Source: an uncultured Porphyrobacter sp. (GTDB taxonomy: Bacteria; Pseudomonadota; Alphaproteobacteria; Sphingomonadales; Sphingomonadaceae). From it: a stretch of 64,000 bases of DNA. The position numbers were made by a program, and so were the translations under genes. Below are positions 40,726 through 51,978 of this stretch, in pieces. The notes beneath the pieces were generated by a model, which saw only the letters and a list, made by a program, of their open reading frames with translations, did not search any database and was not told the origin of the DNA. The stretch lies in contig CAYGQX010000006.1 in NCBI GenBank assembly GCA_964352245.1, forward strand, positions 7,396 through 71,395, written 5' to 3'. Each line of letters begins with the position of its first letter. Within the stretch, counting starts at the first letter, position 1.

Positions 40726-41388
40726 TTAGCGCCGGACGTTGTAGGCGAGCTGATCTTCGGTCAGTTGAAACCCTATCAACATTTCAAAGCTGGTACGCTG
40801 GATTGCCGCTCTCACTTCGGGAGCGGTCAGAGGATCGAGGGCCGCTTCTGGATCGCCTGGTCGTCGTTTCTTGGTGATCTTCTCGCGAATATCGTCCGGC
40901 AAAGTCGCAGCCGATTTGTCCACAAACGAGCCCGCCTTTCCATTGGCGCTCGCGCGTTCTTCACCGTCCGCAAAACTAAGCGTCACTTGGCCCACGCGTT
41001 TCGTCACAACAGCGCTTCCGCCGCGCACCACGGTCACAAAGTAGGGAAGCGTAACAGTCCGAGCCCCGCGCGCATCTTTGCGCTGGGCGACGACTTCAAA
41101 TGTCGCTTCGCTGTAGATTTTCTCGGATGCGTCATCGCAAGTCGAACGCAAATTCGTAAGCGCAGCGCTGACATCGAGATTGTTGAAACTTGCGTCGCCT
41201 GAAGTGCGGAAAGTCGTGATGTCACCGGTATAATTTGGAATGCCGACCGAAGGACAATTGGACAGCACCGAGGTAATCCCCACACCTTGATTGACCACCA
41301 ATTCCCCTTCGCGTGCGCAGCCTGTCACTGTCGCCACAAGTCCAAGAGCAATACTAATACGAGCACCAGATTGTGCGAGCGAGACCAT
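40726..41388 (-). CDS. Conserved hypothetical lipoprotein
   Basis: Lipobox-like VTGC after a hydrophobic stretch; two further Cys; coherent ORF with RBS. Confidence 0.75.
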   Translation of the reverse strand: MVSLAQSGARISIALGLVATVTGCAREGELVVNQGVGITSVLSNCPSVGIPNYTGDITTFRTSGDASFNNLDVSAALTNLRSTCDDASEKIYSEATFEVVAQRKDARGARTVTLPYFVTVVRGGSAVVTKRVGQVTLSFADGEERASANGKAGSFVDKSAATLPDDIREKITKKRRPGDPEAALDPLTAPEVRAAIQRTSFEMLIGFQLTEDQLAYNVRR

Positions 41389-41486
41389 GTATCCGCCGTC
41401 CTTAAATTCGATCCAATTTGCCGATGATTACCGGCCATGCGACATGTCCCTAGCGGGGCAGGCCACAAAGCGCTAGAGGGGCACAC

Positions 41487-42455
41487 ATGAATGCGCCCTT
41501 TCAAGACTCGGCTTCTGAGCTGAAACCCCTAAATCTTTTGATCGCTGCTCCACGCGGATTTTGCGCCGGTGTAGACCGCGCGATTGAAATTGTCGAAAAA
41601 GCCCTCGAGCGATACGGTGCTCCGGTCTATGTGCGCCACGAAATCGTTCACAACAAATATGTCGTCGAAGGCCTGAAGGCTAAAGGTGCGATCTTCGTCA
41701 AGGAATTGGACGAAGTACCCACCGATGCGCCTGTGGTCTTCAGCGCGCATGGTGTGCCAAAAGCAGTGCCGGCAGAAGCAGAGCGCCGCAACATGGTCTA
41801 TGTCGATGCGACCTGCCCCCTAGTGTCCAAAGTTCACCGTCAGGCTGAGCGACAATTGGAAAAAGGGCGGCATATCATCTTTGTCGGACATGCAGGTCAT
41901 CCAGAAGTCATTGGCACCATGGGACAGGTTGAACCAGGGCAAATGACATTGGTGGAAGACCTTGAAGATGTTGATAAGCTTCCGTTCGAAAGTGATGAGC
42001 CGCTAGCTTATCTCACTCAGACCACGCTTTCAGTTGATGATACGCGTGAGGTCATCGAAGCGCTCGAATGGCGATACCCTAATATTCGCGGACCCAAGGC
42101 CGAGGATATCTGTTATGCGACGTCCAACCGGCAGGCAGCTGTTAAAGAACTGGCGCATGACTGCGAATTGGTTCTTGTCGTCGGCGCGCCCAATTCATCC
42201 AATTCTTTGCGCCTTGTCGAAGTAGCCGAGCGGCTGGGCACGCCGGGTAAATTGATTCAGCGCGCGGATGAAATCGATCCAACTTGGCTCGAGGGAATTG
42301 ATACAATAGGTCTCACCGCAGGCGCTTCGGCACCAGAGGTTCTAGTGCGCGAAGTGGTCGATGCGATAGCTGCAATTCGACCCATAAAGGAACGCACGAT
42401 CAAAACCGCTGAGGAAAAGATTGTGTTCAAGCTGCCGCGCCAGCTTACCGAATAA
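41487..42455 (+). CDS. ispH: 4-hydroxy-3-methylbut-2-enyl diphosphate reductase
   Basis: [43 protein letters not shown]. Confidence 0.98.
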   Translation: MNAPFQDSASELKPLNLLIAAPRGFCAGVDRAIEIVEKALERYGAPVYVRHEIVHNKYVVEGLKAKGAIFVKELDEVPTDAPVVFSAHGVPKAVPAEAERRNMVYVDATCPLVSKVHRQAERQLEKGRHIIFVGHAGHPEVIGTMGQVEPGQMTLVEDLEDVDKLPFESDEPLAYLTQTTLSVDDTREVIEALEWRYPNIRGPKAEDICYATSNRQAAVKELAHDCELVLVVGAPNSSNSLRLVEVAERLGTPGKLIQRADEIDPTWLEGIDTIGLTAGASAPEVLVREVVDAIAAIRPIKERTIKTAEEKIVFKLPRQLTE

Positions 42456-42477
42456 GCAAGGCACATCGCGACGATCC

Positions 42478-43446
42478 ATGGCCGTTTATACGCATTTGAG
42501 CGCTGAAGATTTAAGCGAACTCATCAATCAATATGACGTGGGCCATCTGGTTTCTGCCAAAGGCATTGCCGAGGGGGTTTCAAACTCCAACTGGTTGATC
42601 GAAACTTGTAAAGATGGGAGCAATGCGCGCTACATCCTTACAATGTATGAAAGGCGGATCGAGCTTGATGATCTGCCCTATTTCCTCGGACTACTCGATC
42701 ATCTTTCCGCGAAGGGTTGCCCTGTCCCGCGCACAATTCACGATAAAGCTGGTGCGGAGTTTCGCATGGTGGATGGCAAAGCGGTCGCGCTGATTGAATT
42801 CCTGCCGGGCGTGTCCCCAACCCGGCCAACCCCTGCACAAACCCGCGCTGTGGGCGCGACCCTGGCGCAAATCCATCTGGCGAGCGCGGATTTTCCATTG
42901 ACCCGTCCCAATACAATGGGCTTTGCCGACAATCTCGCCGTGCTCGAAAGATGCGGTGAGGAAGGTCTCGGGTCCATACACCAGCAATTGCCAGCGATGC
43001 TACCTCCTGCAAGAGATGCCGCTGCACTCGACCTGTCAGCGTTACCAAAAGCGCAAGTCCATGCAGATCTATTCCCCGACAATGTGTTAATGCTGGACGA
43101 TCAAGTGACCGGTCTGATCGATTTTTACTTTGCTTGCACCGATTGTATGGCACTTGATATTGCGGTCACTCACGCGGCTTGGTGCTTCGATTCTGAAAGC
43201 GGTCACTATCTGTCCAATTGTGGGACAGAATTTCTTAATGCCTATGAAAATATAAGGAAAATCACACAGGTCGAGCGCGATTTGTTTGCGGAGATAGCAA
43301 AGGGGGCGTGCCTCCGGTTTGTCGCGAGCCGTGCAGAGGATTGGTTAGAGACGCCTAATGATGCGTTGGTTACGAGGAAAGACCCCGTCGATTTCGTCCG
43401 AAGATGGCGATTCTACGACGAACACGGTGCGTACCTCTTTGCGTGA
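42478..43446 (+). CDS. thrB: Homoserine kinase type II
   Basis: [31 protein letters not shown]; ATG at 42478. Confidence 0.95.
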   Translation: MAVYTHLSAEDLSELINQYDVGHLVSAKGIAEGVSNSNWLIETCKDGSNARYILTMYERRIELDDLPYFLGLLDHLSAKGCPVPRTIHDKAGAEFRMVDGKAVALIEFLPGVSPTRPTPAQTRAVGATLAQIHLASADFPLTRPNTMGFADNLAVLERCGEEGLGSIHQQLPAMLPPARDAAALDLSALPKAQVHADLFPDNVLMLDDQVTGLIDFYFACTDCMALDIAVTHAAWCFDSESGHYLSNCGTEFLNAYENIRKITQVERDLFAEIAKGACLRFVASRAEDWLETPNDALVTRKDPVDFVRRWRFYDEHGAYLFA

Positions 43447-43483
43447 GGCGCGCTCTCCGTTTGCGTTCGGCGACACAAAACCT

Positions 43484-43936
43484 ATGAAAAATGTTTCAAT
43501 CTACACAGACGGCGCTTGTAAAGGGAATCCTGGGCCTGGAGGATGGGGTGTCTTGCTCAAAATGGGCAAGCACGAAAAAGAACTTTCGGGCGGCGAAAAC
43601 GACACCACCAACAACCGAATGGAACTAACTGCTGTTATCAAAGGACTTTCAGCCTTGATCGAACCATGCGCCGTCGATCTATATTCCGACAGCAAATATG
43701 TGCTCGATGGGATCACCAAATGGGTCGATGGCTGGCAGCGCAATGGATGGAAGACGGCAAGCAAAAAGCCCGTTAGAAATTCCGATCTTTGGCATGATCT
43801 CATCGAAGTGAGTGGCCGCCATGAAATTGAATGGCACTGGGTAAAGGGTCATTCAGGCCATCCCGAAAACGATCGAGTAGACAAGCTTGCAAGCGATGAG
43901 GCCGCTAAGGTCGATATGAGCGAAGAAGGCGAATAG
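43484..43936 (+). CDS. rnhA: Ribonuclease HI
   Basis: [41 protein letters not shown]; ATG at 43484. Confidence 0.97.
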   Translation: MKNVSIYTDGACKGNPGPGGWGVLLKMGKHEKELSGGENDTTNNRMELTAVIKGLSALIEPCAVDLYSDSKYVLDGITKWVDGWQRNGWKTASKKPVRNSDLWHDLIEVSGRHEIEWHWVKGHSGHPENDRVDKLASDEAAKVDMSEEGE

Positions 43937-43954
43937 TAGCTATGCGACTCAAAA

Positions 43955-43980
43955 CGGGCGCACCTTAAATGGAGCGCCCG
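43955..43980. terminator. Hairpin between convergent rnhA and the YegP-family gene
   Basis: CGGGCGC...GCGCCCG stem. Confidence 0.55.
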
Positions 43981-44009
43981 CTTGCTGCTTGCGTTCTACG
44001 AAAAACTGA

Positions 44010-44186
44010 TCAGCTGTTGTCTTCGATCGGGGCGCCTGGGCCATTTTTCTTGATCGAATCAATCGCATTTTGCGCCGATGATTTGCTCGAATACCCTTGA
44101 GTCGAGAACATCACTTCAGAATTGTAGCTGAAGCGGACGCGGAATTCGCCGGACTTGTCTTTGTAGATTTCAAACTTGTGAGCCAT
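44010..44186 (-). CDS. YegP/UPF0339 (DUF1508) family small protein, 58 aa
   Basis: Manually translated: MAHKFEIYKDKSGEFRVRFSYNSEVMFSTQGYSSKSSAQNAIDSIKKNGPGAPIEDNS; RBS GAGGGA. Confidence 0.9.
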   Translation of the reverse strand: MAHKFEIYKDKSGEFRVRFSYNSEVMFSTQGYSSKSSAQNAIDSIKKNGPGAPIEDNS

Positions 44187-44250
44187 TTGAGTCCCTCTCT
44201 CATTCTAGTGTAAATGCCCGTCTCCACTTTACAGATTGAGACCCGTTTGG

Positions 44251-45387
44251 CTAGAGCGCCTGAGCTGCGAAATCGCTTTGATTTACAATCTGAAATCTTG
44301 TGGGAGAATATGAAGACGCATTGATAGCTGATGTCATTGGGTCTTGCTCTTGGCCCAGCATGATTTGTGCACCAAGACGTGCAGCAGCAGGAGCTGTTTG
44401 AATGCCAAATCCCCCCTGGCCCGCGAACCAGATGAAACTCTCAATTTCAACGTCAGATCCGTAAACAGGAAGGCGGTCCGGCGCGAAACTACGCAATCCC
44501 GCCCAACGTCGCTCCACAGCCTCGATACGCCAGTCAGTCACTGACTGAAAACGGTCAATCGCGAGCGCGACATCCAGCTCTTCTGGAGCTGCATCGCAAG
44601 GATCTGTGGGTATTTCATCGTGCGGACTTAGCCAAAGGCGGCCATTGTCCGACTTAAAATAGAAAGCGCCATTGATGTCGAGCACGAGAGGCAGGTCGTC
44701 AAGTGCTTCTGGTGCAACGCGCAGCTGGACAACTGTGCGTCTCTTGGGATCAATACCCAAAGGCCGTGCGCCTGCAAGCCGCGCCATATTATCTGCCCAA
44801 GCGCCCGCCGAATTGACGACGCGTGCTGCGTGATAGGATGCACCATCCTCCGCAGAAATATCCCAAACCCCATCTTTATGAGAAAGACAAATCACGCGGG
44901 AGCGGCATCGAAGATCGGCACCAGCATTCTTCAACGCTTTGAGATAATGCTGATGAAGTCCAGCTACATCAATATCCGCGCACGCTGGCTGCCAGATACA
45001 TTCGCACCATTCCTCATTTGCATGGGGAATGCGCGCTGCCAAAGCGTCGCGCCCGTGCCGTTCGATTGTAACACCTGTTCCGGCAAAGCGCGCCATAAAC
45101 GCGTCCAAATCGCCCTTATCCTGCTCGCGTCCGACATAAAGCGCCCCGCGCTCTTTCAAAAGGCCATGATCGCGCAAGAAACGCCCTGATGCCATGGTGA
45201 GCGGGACTATGCCGGGTCCTCCATAGCATTCCTCCCAGAAAGCCGCCGAACGACCTGTGGAGTGATAACCTGGCGCTTCTTCTGCCTCTAGAACAAGAAC
45301 ACTGGCATAAGGTGCAAGTTCCGCTGCGATGCTCGCACCTGCCATCCCAGCACCGATCACGGCAAAATCGTAAATCCTGCCAGTCAT
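44251..45387 (-). CDS. FAD-dependent oxidoreductase (DAO family)
   Basis: GAGMAG, HSTGRSAA, WAGLRSF.PD..PV.G, GQGGFGIQTAPA. Confidence 0.9.
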   Translation of the reverse strand: MTGRIYDFAVIGAGMAGASIAAELAPYASVLVLEAEEAPGYHSTGRSAAFWEECYGGPGIVPLTMASGRFLRDHGLLKERGALYVGREQDKGDLDAFMARFAGTGVTIERHGRDALAARIPHANEEWCECIWQPACADIDVAGLHQHYLKALKNAGADLRCRSRVICLSHKDGVWDISAEDGASYHAARVVNSAGAWADNMARLAGARPLGIDPKRRTVVQLRVAPEALDDLPLVLDINGAFYFKSDNGRLWLSPHDEIPTDPCDAAPEELDVALAIDRFQSVTDWRIEAVERRWAGLRSFAPDRLPVYGSDVEIESFIWFAGQGGFGIQTAPAAARLGAQIMLGQEQDPMTSAINASSYSPTRFQIVNQSDFAAQAL

Positions 45388-46409
45388 ATAGATGTTGAAT
45401 TTTGGCGAGGTGCAACACGGTCAAGGAATTCGGCAATGCCATGCAACATCCGCTCGCGGACCTCATCAACTTCACGCAGGATCTCATGGCGCGCTTCGTC
45501 CCCAAACGCGATCAATTCCCCGTTAGGCAAACGTTCAACCGCCCTGACATTTGCCGCATGACTTACCAATTTATCATTTTGCGTAGAGCATATCAGCACC
45601 GGGACTGTGACAGCTTCTAGGGCGCCTTCCTCTTCCAGGTGCCGCCAAGAATCATAAGCGCGTTCCAGCCATCCCCAGCTCGCAGGTCCCATCGCGATTT
45701 CAGGCCGATTAACTCGCCACCACAGCTCATCCGCATAGCGATCAGGGTCATGAGTAAGCAAGTTGATCCGGTCCTCCGGCACATCGCCGGGCTTCTCTCC
45801 GCCTTTCCATGCGGGACGACTGGGATCACCGATGCGGGTCATCAGCTTTGCGACATGATGAAGCACTGGCAGCGGCACAGGCGGTCCCGCCATTCCGGTC
45901 ATGGGGGCAGAAAACACAACAGCGTCAGGCAGCGGCGCAATAATATGATCGACAAGCGCGCGCAAAACGATGTGCCCGCCCATCGAATGCGCGACCAAAA
46001 CATGCGGTCCGGGAGTTTCGGCAACCCAATCGGCCCACAACGCAGCCAAGTCCGCTGTCCATGTCGTAAAATCATCAATATGCCCGGTCGTCGCGTCTTT
46101 GCCCAAACGACCGCTGCCCGTCTGACCACGCCAGTCGGCCGCGGTTACACGCCATCCAGCCAAATGCCATTCATGCAATGTCTCAAGATACTTTTCATAA
46201 AAGTCCCCACGCCCCGGCATATAAAGAAGGGAGCCGCGCGCATTAGGTTTATCGTCCTTGGCTTTGATGGGCCAATCAATCCGTCTTATGGAATGTCCAT
46301 CGCGCGCAATCCAAGCGCTTTCAGTCGCAATAGCGGGAATCACTCGACGGTCGATTGGCCTGCTTGCTTCTTTTTCAACTGCAAGCTTCGCACTTTCCTG
46401 CGCAGTCAC
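45384..46409 (-). CDS. Alpha/beta hydrolase (lysophospholipase PldB-like)
   Basis: PGRGDFYEKY, DWRGQ..SGR, nucleophile AHSMGG, ARHEIL.E. Confidence 0.88.
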   Translation of the reverse strand: MTAQESAKLAVEKEASRPIDRRVIPAIATESAWIARDGHSIRRIDWPIKAKDDKPNARGSLLYMPGRGDFYEKYLETLHEWHLAGWRVTAADWRGQTGSGRLGKDATTGHIDDFTTWTADLAALWADWVAETPGPHVLVAHSMGGHIVLRALVDHIIAPLPDAVVFSAPMTGMAGPPVPLPVLHHVAKLMTRIGDPSRPAWKGGEKPGDVPEDRINLLTHDPDRYADELWWRVNRPEIAMGPASWGWLERAYDSWRHLEEEGALEAVTVPVLICSTQNDKLVSHAANVRAVERLPNGELIAFGDEARHEILREVDEVRERMLHGIAEFLDRVAPRQNSTSI

Positions 46410-46523
46410 TTCGTGAACACCGTCCCTCTGGGTTTGGTTACTTTATAGTAAGCACTAATCTGTAGCACACCTTCATTCACAGTTCGCAACCTTGGAAAAC
46501 CAGCGAACTTTCATGAGGGCAAA

Positions 46524-47033
46524 ATGCACATGATGTATCTTCACTACGGATTGCTGATTGCATTGGCAATTGGACTCCTGATTGCAGCCTTCACCGACAT
46601 CAAAAGCCGTCGGATCGCCAATTGGCTGAACGGCGCAATCGCACTTGGTGCGCCATTGTACTGGTGGGCAAGCGGCATGTCGCTTTGGCCTGATGTTGCT
46701 TGGCAATTTGGTTTTGCACTTATCGTTACCGCAATCCTGTTGGGCATTGGTTTTATCGGATACCAGCTCGGCGTTGTTATTCTTGGTGGCGGCGACATCA
46801 AATTGCTGGCCGCCCTCGCGCTTTGGATTACACCTCTCAATTATATGACCCTGCTTATCATCATGGCGATGGTCGGCGGATTGCTTGCGGTCTTCTTTGT
46901 CGCCCGTCGAGTGATTTTCAAACCCAAGACACCGGGCCAGCTTCCCTATGGAGTCGCCATCGCGGCAGGAGCTCTCTGGGTCATCACAATCGACAATTAT
47001 GACACACTTTTTCTCGGCACGGTTTCGGGGTGA
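46524..47033 (+). CDS. cpaA: A24 family prepilin peptidase CpaA/TadV
   Basis: AAFTDIKSRRIAN, GGGDIKLLAALALW, LPYGVAI. Confidence 0.92.
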   Translation: MHMMYLHYGLLIALAIGLLIAAFTDIKSRRIANWLNGAIALGAPLYWWASGMSLWPDVAWQFGFALIVTAILLGIGFIGYQLGVVILGGGDIKLLAALALWITPLNYMTLLIIMAMVGGLLAVFFVARRVIFKPKTPGQLPYGVAIAAGALWVITIDNYDTLFLGTVSG

Positions 47034-47121
47034 ACCTGATTTTAACCGTTTCGGACTTAAGAATTGAAACCATACCGCCCACGGATTCACCAAGGGCATT
47101 TACGAAGGGGCTTGATTAGCC

Positions 47122-48246
47122 ATGGATAGGAAGAAGCTGGTATTGCTGCTCGGAGCACTGATCATCGCGATCGGTACAGCCTTTGCAGCGCGCACCATGT
47201 TCGCCGGGGGAACGGCTGCACCAGAGGCCGTTGCCGCTGAGCCGGTAGGCCCCAAAGTTCTAGTGGCAAAATTGCCATTGCCTGCAGGCACAATCATCAC
47301 AGCCGATGCACTGGAATTCCAGTCATGGCCTGAAGGTCTTGTGCAAAGCGCCTATTATCTTGAAGGCGAGGCTGATGTCTCCGGCCTTCTTGGCACAGTC
47401 GTGCGTGATCCGCTGACCGTGGGTGAGCCGGTGACACAAGGCACTTTGGTAAGCCCTGGTGATCGCGGCTTCCTTGCTGCGGCCCTTGGCGCTGGCATGC
47501 GCGCAGTTACTGTACCAGTGTCAGCCAAAACCGGTGTGGCTGGCTTTGTTTTCCCGGGTGACCGAGTTGACTTGGTGCTGACTCAAACGGTTGGTGGCGA
47601 AGGCCGTCCGCTAAACGCTGCTGAAACTGTTCTTCGTAATCTGCGTGTGCTGGCAACCGACCAGTCGACAGAGCAATTTGTCGACGAAAACGGCAAGACA
47701 CAGGTTCGCGCTTTCCGAACAGTGACAATCGAGGTGACGCCTAAACTCGCTGAGAAGGTGTCAGTCGCAATGACTATCGGGGAACTTACTTTGGTTCTGC
47801 GTTCAATCGCCGATAACCAGGCTGAGCTTGAACGTGCGATTGCATCTGGCGATATCGATATCCCAGAAAATGCGACACCCGAAGAAGAAGAACGCATTCT
47901 TCGCGCCGCAATGGCCCGCCCTGTCGACAAAGGCACAACCTATTCGACCGGTGGTGACGTTTCACGCTTCCAGCGCAAATCGATCCCACCCAGCCCCGAA
48001 GAAGTGGCAGCCCGTGAACGCGCTGCAGCCGCTGCAGCCGCTGCTGATGACCGCCGCGCCGCTGCGCTCAACGGAGTGATCGCGCCGACCGGACCTAAGG
48101 TTCGTGTGACACGCGGGCAGAATACGGCAGAAGTCATTGTCGATCCGCAAGCCGGTTCCACAGGCACGCTCATCCGCAGCCAATCACAAGGCCTGCGCAG
48201 CACCGGACAAACCGTTCCTGCTGTAACTGGCTCACTGGTCCGCTGA
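47122..48246 (+). CDS. cpaB: Flp pilus assembly protein CpaB
   Basis: SAF domain; GMRAVTVPV, GVAGFVFPGDRVD, LRVLATDQ. Confidence 0.94.
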   Translation: MDRKKLVLLLGALIIAIGTAFAARTMFAGGTAAPEAVAAEPVGPKVLVAKLPLPAGTIITADALEFQSWPEGLVQSAYYLEGEADVSGLLGTVVRDPLTVGEPVTQGTLVSPGDRGFLAAALGAGMRAVTVPVSAKTGVAGFVFPGDRVDLVLTQTVGGEGRPLNAAETVLRNLRVLATDQSTEQFVDENGKTQVRAFRTVTIEVTPKLAEKVSVAMTIGELTLVLRSIADNQAELERAIASGDIDIPENATPEEEERILRAAMARPVDKGTTYSTGGDVSRFQRKSIPPSPEEVAARERAAAAAAAADDRRAAALNGVIAPTGPKVRVTRGQNTAEVIVDPQAGSTGTLIRSQSQGLRSTGQTVPAVTGSLVR

Positions 48247-48250
48247 GTTC

Positions 48251-49918
48251 ATGACGATGTCAAAAATACAATCACGCATCAACGCCGCACGTGCGGCAAA
48301 CGGGAAACCCATTGGGGGGCGAAAAATGAAACGCCGACTTACTTCTAAAATGCTGATGGCCAGTCTGGCTGTCGCTCCGCTGGCAGCAATGCCGACAAGC
48401 ACTGCGACAGCACAACAGGTTGTTCGCCCTGCTCAAGACATCGTGCTTTCGATCGGCAAAGGTGAACTGGTCACAATCCCTGGCGCGATGGCCGATGTTT
48501 TCGTCGCCAATGACCAAGTCGCAGATGTTCAGATCAAGTCACAGCGTCAGCTTTATGTTTTCGGCCGCGCAGGTGGTGAAACCACAATCTATGCGAGCAA
48601 TGCCCGCGGGGATGTGATTTTTTCAGCCAATATCCGCGTTGGTTCGAACATTGACAGCATCGATCAGATGCTCGCTCTCGCCATGCCTGAAGCCAAAGTC
48701 AGCGTATCGACCATGGGCACCAACACAGTGCTTTTGACCGGTACGGTTGCAGCTCCTGAAGATGCTTCTGAAGCAGAACGTCTGGTTCAGGCATTCTTGG
48801 GTGATGAAGCCAATGTCATCACGCGTCTCAAAACTGCGACCCCGCTTCAGGTGAACCTCAGAGTCACATTTGCGGAAGTGAGCCGTTCTTTGGTTCGCGC
48901 GATTGGCGGCAACCTGACCATGGCTGACGCAACAAGCGGTCTGCGCATTGGTGTGGGTACCGGACGTCAAATTGGCGGCGCTGAGTTTAATTATGGTGGG
49001 CCATTGGGTGTGGGTAATGCTGCAGCGCAGACATCGCTCGTATTGCCTGACGGAAGCACGATTACTGGTCCTTCAGTGGATTCAAACGGCGGAACCTCAA
49101 TCGCGGGCTTGGGTGAATTGTTCGGGCTTAACATGCTGGGCGCACTCGATCTTTCAGAACAGATCGGCCTCGTGACCACAATTTCCGAACCAAATTTGAC
49201 CGCGCTTTCGGGTGAAACGGCAACGTTCCTTGCCGGCGGTGAATTCCCGATCCCGATTAGTCAGGGTCTCGGAAATGTCGCTGTAGAATTCAAGAACTTC
49301 GGGGTGGGCCTCGCCTTTACGCCAACTGTCCTTTCGAACGGCCGCATTTCTCTGCGTCTGCGTCCTGAGGTTTCAGAATTGTCGAGCCAGGGTTCGGTCA
49401 CTTTGAACGGCTTTGAGATTCCCAGCCTTACAACACGTCGTACTGAAACAACGGTCGAATTGGGTTCGGGTCAGAGCTTCATGATTGCCGGCCTGATGAG
49501 CAATAACTCACAGAACTCGCTTGAAAAAGCTCCTGGTCTTGGAGATGTTCCGATCCTGGGCAATCTGTTCCGCTCTCGCTCATACCGCAAAGGCGAAACC
49601 GAGCTGGTGATCATTGCGACGCCGTACCTCGTCAAACCCGTCAATGCGCGTGACATCAAGCTGCCAACAGATGGCTTCCATACCGCCAACGAAATTGAGC
49701 AGCTGCTGCTGTACAAGGACAATAAGGGCGTATCGGGCGAGCAACGCCCCATGCCGAGCGCTGCTGGCGAAGGTGCACCAGCGCCATCGACCACAGTCGG
49801 TCAAGCAAGCCCCGCGGCCATCGTTCCAAACAACGCGCCGAAACAGCCGCGCCGGAGCGAGAAGAAGCGCAAGAAAGACCGCCAAGCAGACGCCGCAACA
49901 CCCGGCTTTAGCCTCTAA
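48251..49918 (+). CDS. cpaC: Tad pilus secretin CpaC/RcpA
   Basis: QVNLRV.FAEV, EPNLTALSGE.A.FLAGGEFP, TTVELGSGQSF, PGLGD.PILG.LF, ELVII.TPYLV. Confidence 0.94.
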   Translation: MTMSKIQSRINAARAANGKPIGGRKMKRRLTSKMLMASLAVAPLAAMPTSTATAQQVVRPAQDIVLSIGKGELVTIPGAMADVFVANDQVADVQIKSQRQLYVFGRAGGETTIYASNARGDVIFSANIRVGSNIDSIDQMLALAMPEAKVSVSTMGTNTVLLTGTVAAPEDASEAERLVQAFLGDEANVITRLKTATPLQVNLRVTFAEVSRSLVRAIGGNLTMADATSGLRIGVGTGRQIGGAEFNYGGPLGVGNAAAQTSLVLPDGSTITGPSVDSNGGTSIAGLGELFGLNMLGALDLSEQIGLVTTISEPNLTALSGETATFLAGGEFPIPISQGLGNVAVEFKNFGVGLAFTPTVLSNGRISLRLRPEVSELSSQGSVTLNGFEIPSLTTRRTETTVELGSGQSFMIAGLMSNNSQNSLEKAPGLGDVPILGNLFRSRSYRKGETELVIIATPYLVKPVNARDIKLPTDGFHTANEIEQLLLYKDNKGVSGEQRPMPSAAGEGAPAPSTTVGQASPAAIVPNNAPKQPRRSEKKRKKDRQADAATPGFSL

Positions 49919-49935
49919 GGAAAAGGGAAAGTAAG

Positions 49936-50586
49936 ATGTCTCAAGCAAAGAGAAACAAATTTGCGGCAGCACCCGCACTCGCCCTGGCCCTTTCGGTAGG
50001 TCTTGCTGGGTGTGGCGGAGTTGCGACCAACAATACGGTATACAGCCAAAAGCAGCCTGTCGTTGAAAGAGCAAACTTTACGCTCGACGTGCAGACTTCA
50101 GCAGCCGGACTGGCAGTCACCGAACAACAACGCCTGAACGGTTGGTTCGAGGCAATGGATCTTCGTTATGGTGATCGGATCACAATCGAGGATCCGGGCC
50201 AAAACCCAGCAGTGACCAACGCCGTTAACGACCTGGCTGGTCGGTATGGCTTGATTGTGAACAAAACTGCGCCAACCACTTCAGGTTTCCTTGAGCCTGG
50301 TTCTGCGCGCGTGGTGATTACACGCTCTTCAGCATCCGTGCCTGGCTGCCCCGACTGGTCAGCCAAATCGGATATGAATTACGGCAATGCGACCAGTCCG
50401 GGTTATGGCTGTAGTGTAAATAGCAACATGGCAGCGATGGTCGCGAACCCGGAAGACCTTCTCGAAGGTCAAACAGGTTCAAGCGAAACGCTGATCGCCA
50501 CTTCAAACAAAGCAATTACCACATTTCGCGAAACCGCACCGACTGGCGCGGGCGGACTTGCAGACGCGACAGCTGGAGGAAACTAA
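49936..50586 (+). CDS. cpaD: Pilus assembly lipoprotein CpaD
   Basis: Lipobox LAGC; VPGCPDWS; GC..NSNMAAMVANPEDL. Confidence 0.9.
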   Translation: MSQAKRNKFAAAPALALALSVGLAGCGGVATNNTVYSQKQPVVERANFTLDVQTSAAGLAVTEQQRLNGWFEAMDLRYGDRITIEDPGQNPAVTNAVNDLAGRYGLIVNKTAPTTSGFLEPGSARVVITRSSASVPGCPDWSAKSDMNYGNATSPGYGCSVNSNMAAMVANPEDLLEGQTGSSETLIATSNKAITTFRETAPTGAGGLADATAGGN

Positions 50587-50589
50587 GTC

Positions 50590-51873
50590 ATGAATGCTCC
50601 ATGGAAATCAGGTCTTCCCGGCAATCGCGATCCATTCGCGGCCTACATTTGCGACGATGCGGCGCTCGACGTGTTGCGCCCTGTCGTTATCGAAATGGGC
50701 TGGCAACCAGAAAAGTGTAACAAAGGCGGCCTGCGCAATGCTGTGCAATCGCTTTCAGTAAGCGCGAGCCCGGCTATTTTGTTTGTTGATCTTTCGGAGA
50801 GCGGCGACCCGCTGAATGATATCAACGCTCTGGCAGAAGTTTGCGAACCTGGCACCGTTGTGATCGCAATTGGTCAGGTGAATGACGTTCGCCTTTATCG
50901 CGACCTGCTGTCCAGTGGCATTCACGATTACCTGCTGAAGCCTTTGTCAGCGCAGCAAGTGCACGATTCATTAAATCAAGCGCTTGCCGTCTTCAACTCG
51001 CCAAAAGCGGGCGAAGGTGAAGCGGTTAAGCGGCACATCTCCACAGCCATTGTGGGCACACGCGGCGGCGTTGGCGCTTCAACACTCGCGACATCGCTTG
51101 CGTGGTTGTTCAGCGACCATCATCAGTCACCCACTGCACTTCTGGATCTTGACGTGCACTTCGGTACGGGCGCACTTGCCCTGGACCTGGAGCCGGGCCG
51201 TGGTCTGACCGATGCGATAGACAATCCAAGCCGGATTGATGGTTTGTTCATTGAACGCGCCATGATCCGTGCGAACGACAACTTGTCGATCCTGTCGGCC
51301 GAAGCACCGATCAGCCAACCATTGATGACTGATGGATCAGCTTTCGTGCAGCTTGAGGAAGAATTCCGTCAGGCTTTCGAGATGACTGTGATCGATCTTC
51401 CGCGCAACATGCTGATCAACTTCCCGCATCTGCTGGCAGACGTGAACCTTGTGCTGCTCACATGCGAGCTTACCCTTGCATCAGCACGCGACACGATCCG
51501 CATCCTGTCATGGCTCAAAGCCAATGCAGCCCATGCGCATCCGATGATCGTTGCAAACAAGGTTCAATCCAGCGTTGCAGAAATCAGCAAAGCCGATTTC
51601 GAAGCTTCCATTGAGCGCAAGATCGACTTCGCCATACCTTATGATGTCAAAGCGGCATCAAATTCTGCCAAGCTGGGCCAGGTCTTTGTAGAAGCCAACC
51701 CATCGAGCAAAGCAACAGCATCCATCAAACAGCTGGCAGAGCGTGTGATGGGCGCAAGCGAAGAAGATATGGAATCGATCACCGAAGAGAAGAAATCTCT
51801 GCTCGGCAGCTTCGATTTCAAATCGCTGCTTGCGAAAAAAGACAAATCGAAAGCCGAAGCACCGGCTGAGTAA
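50590..51873 (+). CDS. cpaE: Pilus assembly protein CpaE/TadZ (degenerate receiver plus MinD-like domain)
   Basis: G..NDV.LYR.L...GI.DYL.KP; GTRGGVGAST; DLDVHFG. Confidence 0.92.
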   Translation: MNAPWKSGLPGNRDPFAAYICDDAALDVLRPVVIEMGWQPEKCNKGGLRNAVQSLSVSASPAILFVDLSESGDPLNDINALAEVCEPGTVVIAIGQVNDVRLYRDLLSSGIHDYLLKPLSAQQVHDSLNQALAVFNSPKAGEGEAVKRHISTAIVGTRGGVGASTLATSLAWLFSDHHQSPTALLDLDVHFGTGALALDLEPGRGLTDAIDNPSRIDGLFIERAMIRANDNLSILSAEAPISQPLMTDGSAFVQLEEEFRQAFEMTVIDLPRNMLINFPHLLADVNLVLLTCELTLASARDTIRILSWLKANAAHAHPMIVANKVQSSVAEISKADFEASIERKIDFAIPYDVKAASNSAKLGQVFVEANPSSKATASIKQLAERVMGASEEDMESITEEKKSLLGSFDFKSLLAKKDKSKAEAPAE

Positions 51874-51978
51874 GCAAATGAGCATGGGGCTGCGCAAATA
51901 GATTGTGCGGCCTCACGCTACCCGCGTGGGCCAAGCCCATGACAAACGAACACTAACGACCGGTCAGGACAACACATT

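Noticed and set aside
46420-47060. Possible CtrA boxes upstream of cpaA and cpaB
   Set aside because: Only half-sites or wrong spacing (TTAC-N6-GTAA; TTAA-N11-TTAA) were found, which is not enough to call
48022-48045. GCTGCAGCC tandem repeat (poly-Ala) in cpaB
   Set aside because: In-frame low-complexity helical linker; a 9-bp unit would not cause phase variation
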